The notes: generated by a model not told the origin, from the letters alone. DNA of 34,417 nt from Promethearchaeota archaeon (GCA_048939245.1 JBHLPR010000011.1:1-34417), one strand, 5' to 3'; numbered from the stretch's first letter, positions 8,660 through 17,175 are shown. Numbers and translations are program-made.

Positions 8660-9661
8660 TTATTTGGTAGTGATTTCAATACCATCCTTGGTGACGAGAA
8701 ATGTGTGCTCTGTTTGGGCTACATAACTGCCTTTTATGTCGGCTAGTACACTATATTGACGCAGAACCTTTTTCGTAGTGAGTTCGCGCAAACCGAGGGC
8801 GAGGCTAAGTTTGGGAATGTGTTTAGCCAGATAACGTCTGCTAAAGGGTAGGCTTTTGAATTCGCGTGAAACAAGTCGAACAATATCACGAGCCCCACGG
8901 GTTCGAACTGGTGTCCTTGTGGGATTTAGACTGTAAGTATAATATTGCCCAGTTTCATGGACACTTCCATTACCTGTGGTGGCAAATGTCTCAAGTGCAT
9001 AAGCCTCTCCTTCTTCCAGAATGGAACCGTGCGGAACAGCAATGTTTGGGAGACTTTTAGATCCATGGAGGAGATATTCATCAAGTTGATGCCCACTAAG
9101 GTCACGAATCGGGCGGTAACCATATCCACGAATGGTGTCTTCGATTATCTTTCCAAGATCTTTACTGTTAGTTTTAGGTCTGATAAGAAGTAATGCTTTA
9201 TTGAGGGCTTCACGACTAGCTTCAACAAGAGATTCCAGTTGGGGATTAAAATTTACAGTGACAGCAGTATCAGCAATGTAACCATCAATATGAACACCGA
9301 GATCGAATTTGACAATATCTCCTTCTTGGATTACTGTCGTATCTTCTTCAGGGCTAGTATAATGGGCTGCAACTTCGTTTAGGGAGCAATTGGTTGGAAA
9401 TCCGATTCCACCGCCTAACTCAAGAATTCGGGCTTCCGTGGCTTCACAGATGTCAAGAGCCCGGGCTCCAATAGTTATTTGGGGTAAGATTTCTGCCCGA
9501 ACTTGGCTTGCGATTTTGCCTGCACGGCGATATTTGTCCTCTGGGGTTTCCTTTTCCTCTTCTTTTTCTTCCGCAGTTTTCTGGGCAGGTTCGTTTTGAA
9601 ATTCAGCAGCTTCTTCCGGTTTTTTTTCATCTTTTTCCGTTGGTGGTTTGGATTTTGCCAT
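8660..9661 (-). CDS. map: Methionine aminopeptidase type II
   Basis: FPTNCSLNEVAAHY, DLGVHIDGYIAD, GHQL..Y.LH, ETF, EHT metal ligands, and the type II helical insertion. Confidence 0.95.
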   Translation of the reverse strand: MAKSKPPTEKDEKKPEEAAEFQNEPAQKTAEEKEEEKETPEDKYRRAGKIASQVRAEILPQITIGARALDICEATEARILELGGGIGFPTNCSLNEVAAHYTSPEEDTTVIQEGDIVKFDLGVHIDGYIADTAVTVNFNPQLESLVEASREALNKALLLIRPKTNSKDLGKIIEDTIRGYGYRPIRDLSGHQLDEYLLHGSKSLPNIAVPHGSILEEGEAYALETFATTGNGSVHETGQYYTYSLNPTRTPVRTRGARDIVRLVSREFKSLPFSRRYLAKHIPKLSLALGLRELTTKKVLRQYSVLADIKGSYVAQTEHTFLVTKDGIEITTK

Positions 9662-9819
9662 AGTAGTTACAGCCTCTCGATATACTTTGCCAGATGAATG
9701 GGGATTCTTTAAGGTTTATGTTTCTTAATTGGTGGGTTTTGAAGCCCTATTCCAGATTTGCACTTTGACCAGAACAATTTTAGCTCTTTTGAGATAAGTA
9801 GCGAACTGGGGTTCATATT

Positions 9820-10194
9820 ATGTCTGCTACAGCGAAGAATCTTCAAGCGCTCCTTCGCCAAATGGAAAGTACTACGCCAGGTATCGAAGCAAGTGCAATT
9901 GTTACAGCACAGGGATTACCCATTGTAGCAGCCATGCCACAAACCATTAATGAAGCCATTGTAGCTGCTATGACCGCAGCACTCTTAGGAGTGGCCGAGC
10001 GGGCACTTACCGAAATTCCCCGTGGGAAACTTATGCAGATTACTGTTGAAGCGGAAAATGGGTATATCATTCTGAAAGGCGCTGGTGAAAATGCGATTCT
10101 AACATCGTTAGTAAAGAAAAGCGCGAACCTTGGGATGATTTTCTTAGTAATGAAGCGATATAGTGCTCAAATCGAATCAATACTACAAGCATAG
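9820..10194 (+). CDS. Roadblock/LC7 (MglB-like) protein
   Basis: 124 aa with GIEASAIVT..GLPI, AAMTAALLG.AER, G.L.QI.VE..NGYI and NLGMIF, the typical roadblock pattern. Confidence 0.9.
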   Translation: MSATAKNLQALLRQMESTTPGIEASAIVTAQGLPIVAAMPQTINEAIVAAMTAALLGVAERALTEIPRGKLMQITVEAENGYIILKGAGENAILTSLVKKSANLGMIFLVMKRYSAQIESILQA

Positions 10195-10248
10195 ATTGGT
10201 TTCGATTATATTCAAAATTGAGGGAAAAATTGATATTTTATGAAAAGG

Positions 10249-10322
10249 TGGCGGCTCTAGTCCGCCCGTCGTTCACTTCATCTATTTATCAGTGAGATCA
10301 GGTTTCCTCTTCATTGCCGCCA
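10249..10322 (-). ncRNA. Box C/D 2'-O-methylation guide sRNA; predicted target 16S rRNA C1402 (E. coli numbering)
   Basis: 7-bp terminal stem UGGCGGC/GCCGCCA; box C AUGAAGA (10314-10308); D' CUGA (10292-10289); C' AUGAAGU (10281-10275); guide GACGGGCGGA complementary to the universal CCGCCCGUC; D-like CUAGA (10260-10256); U-rich tail downstream. Confidence 0.8.
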
Positions 10323-10343
10323 AAGTAAGATGGAGTTAGGGCG

Positions 10344-10943
10344 TTACTTAAGGGTTGTGAGTAATTGCTCAACATGTTCTTGGATTTTATTTTGGACCTC
10401 CATAACTGAGCCTTCGGCATTAATTATCACAAACTCATTTTGTTGAGCTCTTTCAAGAAAGGTTTTTCGCACTTTTTCGAGGAAGCTAACATGCTCAAAT
10501 TTTTCTTTTGGTTTGGGTCGTCTTTTTCGAGCCAAAGCTATTTTCGGGGAAATATCTAGTAAGAAGGTAATAGTGGGAGTGAGTGCATACCGATTGAGAT
10601 TTTGAACCCAGTCAGGGTCAAGTCCTGATGAACATTGGTAGGCGAATGAGGATTCAACATAACGGTCAGTTATGACAATTTTGCCTTGATCGAGACCAGG
10701 TTGGATTTTATTCAACGTGTTATCGATTCGATCGGCTGCGAACAGTAAAGCGTCGATGGCAGGTGAAACCGTGGTATCGGTTAATATTTTTCGAATCAAT
10801 CGTCCAATTCGTTCATCTGTTGGTTCATGCGTCTCAACCACGTTTAACCCTTTTTTTCTGAGCCATTTGCTTAGTAACTTTGTGTGGGTTGTTGTTCCAC
10901 TTCCATCGATTCCTTCAAGTGCAATAAAGAGACCTTGTTGCAT
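10344..10943 (-). CDS. tmk: Thymidylate kinase
   Basis: FIALEGIDGSGTTT, EP, LLFAADR, DRYVESSFAYQ. Confidence 0.95.
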   Translation of the reverse strand: MQQGLFIALEGIDGSGTTTHTKLLSKWLRKKGLNVVETHEPTDERIGRLIRKILTDTTVSPAIDALLFAADRIDNTLNKIQPGLDQGKIVITDRYVESSFAYQCSSGLDPDWVQNLNRYALTPTITFLLDISPKIALARKRRPKPKEKFEHVSFLEKVRKTFLERAQQNEFVIINAEGSVMEVQNKIQEHVEQLLTTLK

Positions 10944-11036
10944 TAACTACACACTCGTAACTAATCGCATAAGTTCAATATCTTTAATGTTTAATGAGTC
11001 ATCAAATAAAAAGGGAATGATGGATAAGTCTTAGTT

Positions 11037-11552
11037 ATGAATGTCCAGCCATTATTTGCTTCTTCAATTTTTACAATTTCACCAGAGCTAGAAGTGTATC
11101 AGGTCATCAATTATGATTACAGGGATCCTGATGGTGTATATGAAAAGCTTCTGAATGATGAAAACGCACTCCAAACGGAAATAGACAAGATTCATTCGAA
11201 TATGGCTGACTTCCTTGCAGCAGAAAAGGTCTATATCAATGAGAAACAAATCGAGCAGAAAATTATCCATGTGGATATTGGATTACGTGGAAATCCTGAA
11301 ATCGTGTATTTTCAATGGGTTGTCCATTTCAAGGGAATTAAACTAAACGAAGTGAATTCCTTAGAAAGTGATGTAGAAGTAGAACGGGCTGAATATGACA
11401 TTGAAGTGTTGTATCTATTTCCTCAAAATACACGAATTCTGGATGTTAAGACACCGATGGACTATGAGATTCGCGGGCCTTTACTTCTTGTTTGGGCTCA
11501 GAAAGGAGATGTTGTAGGAGGATACGAAGCTGTTAAATTTGAATTTCGTTAA
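11037..11552 (+). CDS. Hypothetical protein (acidic, beta-rich)
   Basis: 171-aa ORF filling the gap between genes, with protein-like composition. No motif recognised. Confidence 0.7.
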   Translation: MNVQPLFASSIFTISPELEVYQVINYDYRDPDGVYEKLLNDENALQTEIDKIHSNMADFLAAEKVYINEKQIEQKIIHVDIGLRGNPEIVYFQWVVHFKGIKLNEVNSLESDVEVERAEYDIEVLYLFPQNTRILDVKTPMDYEIRGPLLLVWAQKGDVVGGYEAVKFEFR

Positions 11553-12451
11553 GATTCAAGCAATCGCCCACAGGAATAGCACCATTTAGACCCTGGCGAT
11601 ATTTTTGCTTGGCAGTAAGAACAGCTTTCGGGAGCTATCTTATTTTTTTTCTTGCTAGGGGTTGGGGGCGTTGAGGGTGCTGCAACGACTGTTGATGAAG
11701 CAGCTTCGCTTCCTAAAATTGAGCGTAGTCCAGCGATTACACTTGTTAATTTATTCAGTTCGTCATCAATGACATTAAGCTGTTTCTTGACCTCGCGCTT
11801 TGATACTTCGTCTATACGAGCACGGATTTGTAGCGTTTCTTTGTCAAATTCAAGTTGTTGTTTGCGGGCATCAAGTTGAGCAAGCCATTTGTTAGCCTGT
11901 GTAGTTTCATTTTCAAGTTGTTGATCAATCTCAGTGAGTTTGTCTCCATATTCACCAAATAGACGTTGATAGATTGCATTATCAACTTCTCCCGTTTTCC
12001 GAAGCTCTTCTAATCTTTGAAGACGCCCTTCTTGAACCTTCTTTTCATCTTGAACCTGCTCTAGCGGTGTAAGGGCCTTGTTTTCCAGGTCTGCTATTTC
12101 TTTTGTAATAGGATTCAATCGTGCTTGCATTTTTTCAACTTGGGTTTTAGCCTCACTTTCCGATAACTCGCCGACAAGTTGCTTAACCTTGATTGTTTCT
12201 TGCTCTTCATCTAAAGCCGCCTTTTGGGACCGAAGCCTTTCGAGTTTACCTCGCATAATTAGTGCGGATTCAACTTGAGGTGGAATCTCTTCGACTGCAG
12301 CAGGTGTTTCTTTGGGGGTAGGGCTCGTAGATTGAGACGGCGCTGCGGTAACGTTCTTTCGTCGGGCGTTTAAGGAGACTCCGCAGTAAGAACAGAACTT
12401 GGCATTAGGTTTCAATTGCCGTCCACATTCAGGGCATGTTTGGCTTGACAT
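11549..12451 (-). CDS. CdvA-like coiled-coil protein flanked by two zinc ribbons
   Basis: N-terminal CPEC..CSYC and C-terminal CSYC..CYSC. The central coiled coils turn at KQLVGELSESE, LRKTGEVDNAIY and RARIDEVSKRE. Confidence 0.6.
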   Translation of the reverse strand: MSSQTCPECGRQLKPNAKFCSYCGVSLNARRKNVTAAPSQSTSPTPKETPAAVEEIPPQVESALIMRGKLERLRSQKAALDEEQETIKVKQLVGELSESEAKTQVEKMQARLNPITKEIADLENKALTPLEQVQDEKKVQEGRLQRLEELRKTGEVDNAIYQRLFGEYGDKLTEIDQQLENETTQANKWLAQLDARKQQLEFDKETLQIRARIDEVSKREVKKQLNVIDDELNKLTSVIAGLRSILGSEAASSTVVAAPSTPPTPSKKKNKIAPESCSYCQAKISPGSKWCYSCGRLLES

Positions 12452-12489
12452 TGTCCTCAGTCCTTTCAGCTATCTTGAAAGAGCAGGAA

Positions 12490-12505
12490 CGACCTTATAA
12501 AGTCG
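12490..12505 (-). promoter_or_regulatory. TATA box flanked by an inverted repeat, upstream of the CdvA-like gene
   Basis: The minus strand reads CGAC-TTTATAAG-GTCG about 40 nt before the ATG. An SD-like GAGGA immediately precedes the start. Confidence 0.5.
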
Positions 12506-12526
12506 GGGTATGTGGCGTTCTGATGG

Positions 12527-13816
12527 TTAGATGAAATAGTATATTCCTAAAAGCTGTAGAATTGTCAATATTATTGCGGTGATAATTGGAACAGCAAGAT
12601 TATCATCTAAGCGAAGAGGAAGAAGTTCTATGATGGCTGCAATAAGCGCTGTTATTAGCGCTGAGATTGGAGAAACAACTAGCAGAAGAAGAATGAATGC
12701 TAGCGAGAATCCGATCAGTGTTCCTTCAAGTGTTTTCTTGCGATTGAAGGGGTAGTGGTGGCGACCCAAAAAAATCCCACCTATTGTGGAAAACGCGTCT
12801 CCTATTAAAAACGCAATTACGCTAGCGGCTGCGATAAGTGGGACTCGAAGCAAGGTACCAAAAATAAGGAAAGGAAGAGTCACGCCAGCAGCAAAATATA
12901 GCGGAGAAAGGACATAATTATCTATTTCGTCTTCTCGTCCAGCGGCTAGTACGGTTTTTGATATTAGGGGGATTCGAACTCCAAAACTTCTCAGAATTTC
13001 TGATATAATGAAAAGGAGGGATAAAATTCCAATCAACATGTAAATGGGAATATGCCAAGATGGAGTCCATAACCAAAAGAGGGGAATGAAGACGGCACTT
13101 GCGTGTAAGAGTTGACGAAGAAGCTCTTGCCCGAGTCTTCGAGGAACATGAAGTTGAACTGATGGAGAGGTAACGTAAGGTAAGAGTGCACGTAGGTCGG
13201 GTGTGGTTACTAGAACGCGAACATAACGGCGAGCCACTTGATCCGGTCGAAAACCAATCGCAAGGTTGACGAATTCGAAGAGCGGGATATTATTTCTGTC
13301 ATTGGCTACAGCCACGGTCTCGTAACCAGAAAGTTGGTGAGCCTGTATGATATCCTGTAATCGTTCCACTTTGCTTTGTCCACGACAATCTAATGCCGCG
13401 ATATGTCCGGTAAGGTGATTCTCCTCGAGTTCGACGCGTATCCCACTAGCAAAATGTGCCCCTAGATTCTTAGCAAGCCGAGCCACGGCAAAATCAGGAA
13501 TCCCGGAGCTAAGTAGCACAATGATATGATTCTGATCCCGAAGGATTTTGAATGTCTTCTGTACCCCCCGATGCAGGGAAACCTGATCCGTCATACGAAT
13601 GAGCCAATCTTTCGGCGCGCCTCGAAGTAATCGGTAGGAATACCTCATAAAAGATGCGACTTCCATGATGCGAGCTTCATAGAGAATACCTAATACACCA
13701 AACACAAAGGCTCTAATTAAACCAAGTCGAGCAATTACTTGTGAAAGCCAAAAACCATTGATTATTGTTCCATCTACGTCAAACGCAATGATGCGGTGGT
13801 TATTAGTCTTGACCAT
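12527..13816 (-). CDS. Fusion of a SerB-like HAD phosphatase and a CTP-dependent polyprenol/diacylglycerol kinase (dolichol kinase/phytol kinase/Dgk1 family)
   Basis: N-terminal FDVDGT, LLSSG and a conserved Lys. C-terminal multi-TM domain with ELLRQLLH, GDAFSTIGG..G, KKTLEG and DDNLAVP. Confidence 0.8.
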   Translation of the reverse strand: MVKTNNHRIIAFDVDGTIINGFWLSQVIARLGLIRAFVFGVLGILYEARIMEVASFMRYSYRLLRGAPKDWLIRMTDQVSLHRGVQKTFKILRDQNHIIVLLSSGIPDFAVARLAKNLGAHFASGIRVELEENHLTGHIAALDCRGQSKVERLQDIIQAHQLSGYETVAVANDRNNIPLFEFVNLAIGFRPDQVARRYVRVLVTTPDLRALLPYVTSPSVQLHVPRRLGQELLRQLLHASAVFIPLFWLWTPSWHIPIYMLIGILSLLFIISEILRSFGVRIPLISKTVLAAGREDEIDNYVLSPLYFAAGVTLPFLIFGTLLRVPLIAAASVIAFLIGDAFSTIGGIFLGRHHYPFNRKKTLEGTLIGFSLAFILLLLVVSPISALITALIAAIIELLPLRLDDNLAVPIITAIILTILQLLGIYYFI

Positions 13817-13947
13817 GAATTTCTCTAGATTTCTTCTTTCCTTTTATCAATAGCTGAACTTGGGCTAGTTTTAGTAGATTACTAGGTTGACAATAAAGTT
13901 TTACACATATCATCCCCTGAATTGAGTTGTAATGCTGAGGTGGTGTA

Positions 13948-14448
13948 ATGGTGCGACAATTTCTCTATGCTGATCCCACAGTATGTGTAGGTTGCCGGAT
14001 TTGTGAAGCAATATGTAGTCTGCACTGGGAAAAAACGATTAACCCTAAGAAGGCTCGAAACCGGGTACGTCGTGTGGATCCGGGGCTTGATGTGGTGGTT
14101 GCTTGTCGGAATTGTGATCAAGCTTGGTGTATCGAGGCATGTCCCGAAGATGCTATAAGAAGGAATCGTAAGGGCATCGTAATCGTTGATACGAAAAAAT
14201 GTAGAGGATGTGGGGCGTGTGTCGAAGCGTGTCCCTTTGGAGCCATCTTTTTGCACCCTGATACTCAAAAAGCCATTAAGTGTGTCACCTGTGGATTTTG
14301 TACAAAGTATTGCCCAGTTGACACACTTCAAATTGTGACTGACGAGCAATTGGCGGCTTTGAAGCAGGAAAAGGTGATTCAATACGAGTGTCGAGATTTA
14401 CTTGATGACCTTCGTGTGGATGAGGAGTCGGAGACAGGTGATAAGTGA
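13948..14448 (+). CDS. 4x[4Fe-4S] ferredoxin-like subunit of AOR-1
   Basis: CVGCRICEAIC, CRNC..AWCIEACP, CRGCGACVEACP, KCVTCGFCTKYCP. GAGGTGG SD. Overlaps the AOR start. Confidence 0.9.
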   Translation: MVRQFLYADPTVCVGCRICEAICSLHWEKTINPKKARNRVRRVDPGLDVVVACRNCDQAWCIEACPEDAIRRNRKGIVIVDTKKCRGCGACVEACPFGAIFLHPDTQKAIKCVTCGFCTKYCPVDTLQIVTDEQLAALKQEKVIQYECRDLLDDLRVDEESETGDK

Positions 14449-16370
14449 TGACAAAGAAAGTAAAACTTGGTGGATATGCTGGACAGCATTTGCACGTGAA
14501 TATGACCAAAGAAACGTGTAAGCCAGTTTCCCTTGACAAAGAGTTCGCCCTTATGTACTTGGGTGGACAGGGATTTTCTTCTCGAATTATGTATGATCGA
14601 GTAGGACCAACAACTGACCCACTTGGTCCTGAAAATGTGTTAATTTGGGCAACCGGTCCTTTTACTGGAACACTCTGGCCTCAGGCCGCACGATATGTAG
14701 TTGCAGCCAAATCCCCGCTAACTGGCATTTTCGGTGAAGCCCATTCAGCAGGTCATTGGGGACCAGAACTAAAATTTGCAGGATTTGACACAATCATTGT
14801 GACAGGGCGAGCAAAGAAGCCGCTCTATTTGTTTATTGATAACGGTTCTGCCCGATTACTTGACGCTCATGACCTCTGGGGGCGTAACACAGCTGAAACA
14901 GAAGAGATGATTAAAGAGCGCCAAGGTGACCGAAACATTCGTGTGTCTTGTATTGGACCCGCTGGCGAAAATCTTGTACGCTTTGCCGCTGTCATCAACG
15001 ATTACGATCGTGCGGCTGCACGATCAGGTATTGGTGCAGTCGCAGGAAGCAAGCAACTGAAAGCTGTCGCTGTTCGTGGTGGACAGGACATTCGGATTGC
15101 CAAACCAGATCGCTACCTTGAGGTCATCGAGGAGTTACATAGGAAAATGCTTTCAAGCCCCTTTACGGCTAGTCGTGCAATGTATGGAACGACTAACCTA
15201 GTCGAATTAATGCAAGAAATTGGACGCCTCCCAAGCTATAATATGCGTTCTGGTGTATTTGCAGAATACGAGAGAATTAGTGGTGAAGCTATAAGAAAGA
15301 AATATCTGGTAAAACCGCGGGCTGATTTTGCGTGTCTGCAACGTTGTGGCCGATATACTTGCGTCCGAACCGGGCCTTACGCTTATTGTGGTGGATCACC
15401 TGAATATGAAACACAATCGGCTATGGGAAGTCGATGTGGGAACGCCAATCTTGAATCCATCCTCTATGGACACCATCTAAGCAACTTGTATGGATTGGAT
15501 ACCATTTCGACTGGGGCAACAATTAGTTGGGCAATGGAGGCTTGGGATGAGGGGTTAATAACAGCGGAAGATACTGGAGGGCTAGATCTAAGCTGGGGAA
15601 ACCATGAATCTATAATCAAACTTATCCATATGATAGCACATCGTGAAGGATTCGGGGATATACTTGCGGAAGGTAGTTATCGAGCAGCTAAACGAATTGG
15701 ACGAGGAACCGAAAAATTTGTGATGCACAGTAAAAAACAAGAGATTGCAGGTCAGGAACCTCGAGCGCAAAAATCCATGGGATTAGCAGCAGCTACTGCA
15801 GCACGCGGAGCTGATCATCTGTATGCTTTTCCCGTTCTTGATGAGGTGGGATTTGACGAGGAAATCGGCATTCGCTATGGAGCGAAATATTTGCCAGAGA
15901 TTGGAGATCGGCTTGATCCTACCTATAAGGGTATCATGGTGAAAGAGAATGAAGACTTTTGTGCAGTTGTTGAATCCTTAGGGGTTTGTAAATATGGCAC
16001 ATTGATTCCTCCTGTCCTCTTTTATGAAGACATTGTGAAGGCGTTCGATGTTACAGTGGGAATCCCGATAACAGAGAACCAATTACGAGCAATTGGTGAA
16101 CGAATCGTCAACCTAAACCGTTGTTTCAATGTACGTGAAGGAATTCGTCGGAAAGACGATTCACTGCCTCGACGCCTAACAGAAACCCCTGCGCCTGAAG
16201 GACCATCGAAAGGTCAAGTTGTCGAATTAGATCAAATGCTGGATGAATATTACAAGATGCGAGGATGGCGATTGAAGGATGGAGTGCCAACTAAACGTGT
16301 CCTTCACCGACTAGACCTTGACGATTTGGTCACAGACCTCGTAAAATATGGTATAGAAATACCTGAATAA
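14445..16370 (+). CDS. Tungsten-dependent aldehyde:ferredoxin oxidoreductase family protein (paralog 1)
   Basis: KSPLTG, LKFAGFD, IGPAGEN, GSKQLKA, EYET, GLDTIS, RGADHL, LGVCKY, YYKMRGW. Confidence 0.93.
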   Translation: MMTKKVKLGGYAGQHLHVNMTKETCKPVSLDKEFALMYLGGQGFSSRIMYDRVGPTTDPLGPENVLIWATGPFTGTLWPQAARYVVAAKSPLTGIFGEAHSAGHWGPELKFAGFDTIIVTGRAKKPLYLFIDNGSARLLDAHDLWGRNTAETEEMIKERQGDRNIRVSCIGPAGENLVRFAAVINDYDRAAARSGIGAVAGSKQLKAVAVRGGQDIRIAKPDRYLEVIEELHRKMLSSPFTASRAMYGTTNLVELMQEIGRLPSYNMRSGVFAEYERISGEAIRKKYLVKPRADFACLQRCGRYTCVRTGPYAYCGGSPEYETQSAMGSRCGNANLESILYGHHLSNLYGLDTISTGATISWAMEAWDEGLITAEDTGGLDLSWGNHESIIKLIHMIAHREGFGDILAEGSYRAAKRIGRGTEKFVMHSKKQEIAGQEPRAQKSMGLAAATAARGADHLYAFPVLDEVGFDEEIGIRYGAKYLPEIGDRLDPTYKGIMVKENEDFCAVVESLGVCKYGTLIPPVLFYEDIVKAFDVTVGIPITENQLRAIGERIVNLNRCFNVREGIRRKDDSLPRRLTETPAPEGPSKGQVVELDQMLDEYYKMRGWRLKDGVPTKRVLHRLDLDDLVTDLVKYGIEIPE

Positions 16371-16395
16371 AATTTGATAAAACCGCCTTAGAAGC

Positions 16396-16415
16396 AAGGT
16401 TTAAATTTAAACCTT
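16396..16415. promoter_or_regulatory. Perfect 20-bp palindrome containing TATA-like boxes
   Basis: AAGGTTTAAA|TTTAAACCTT, upstream of the GTPase-HTH gene. Confidence 0.6.
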
Positions 16416-16497
16416 TTAAGTGTGAATTATCCGCGGGGCTTTCTAAGAATGTGCCCTTTCACTGATTAATGCAATGATATTCAAGGAATTTGGTAAT

Positions 16498-17175
16498 ATG
16501 AAAGTGCTTGTAACTGGACCCCACCTTTCTGGCAAAAGTGCCCTCATTAAGAATCTAGCCAAAGATAATGTCATTAACATTCAAGCAAATGGAACCACTG
16601 TGGGTCTTGATCATGGTGTCGCAGAAGCATTTGGAATTCCTATCCGTTTATTCGGAACACCGGGTCTTGCTCGATTTAAGGTATTACGTCGAATAATATC
16701 AGAAGGTGCTGACGGAATTCTCTTTGTAGTGGATGCAAGTAAACCTGATGGCGACGCAGAAGCCCGATACATTTGGACTGAAATCAGCGATCTCTTACCC
16801 AATGTCCCATGCATTGTTGCAGCCAATAAACAAGACCTAAGGGCTGCAAGAACACCTGAAAGAATTCGCCATGATCTTAGTTTTATGGTTGGCGTTCCTG
16901 TAATTCCAATTAGTAATAAAACGGAATATAATACAGAGAAACTTTTGCCAGCTATGGCTATGCTCATCGTCTATGAATGGAGTCCCATTCTTCGCGCTTT
17001 TGGAGCCACTGGAAAAACAGGCTTTTTTGACTTGGCTAAAAACCTCCACATCAGTGAAAGTCAGGTTCGCAACTATATACGTTGGTTTGAACTACGAAAA
17101 CTAGTTTCAGTGGACTGGGAGAGAAAAACCGCACACGTAGCCCCAGGGGTAGCAAAAATTCTTGCCCAACGATAG
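16498..17175 (+). CDS. MglA/CvnD-like small GTPase with a C-terminal winged HTH
   Basis: GPHLSGKS, TTVGLDHG, LFGTPG, FVVD, ANKQD; C-terminal DLAKNLHISESQVRNYIRWFELRKLV. The start is ATG 16498 or 16474. Confidence 0.8.
   Translation: MKVLVTGPHLSGKSALIKNLAKDNVINIQANGTTVGLDHGVAEAFGIPIRLFGTPGLARFKVLRRIISEGADGILFVVDASKPDGDAEARYIWTEISDLLPNVPCIVAANKQDLRAARTPERIRHDLSFMVGVPVIPISNKTEYNTEKLLPAMAMLIVYEWSPILRAFGATGKTGFFDLAKNLHISESQVRNYIRWFELRKLVSVDWERKTAHVAPGVAKILAQR

Noticed and set aside
10249-10322. tRNA, suggested by the 7-bp terminal stem and ~74-nt length
   Set aside because: No T-loop GTTCRA, D arm or anticodon stem. The C/D box architecture explains it better.
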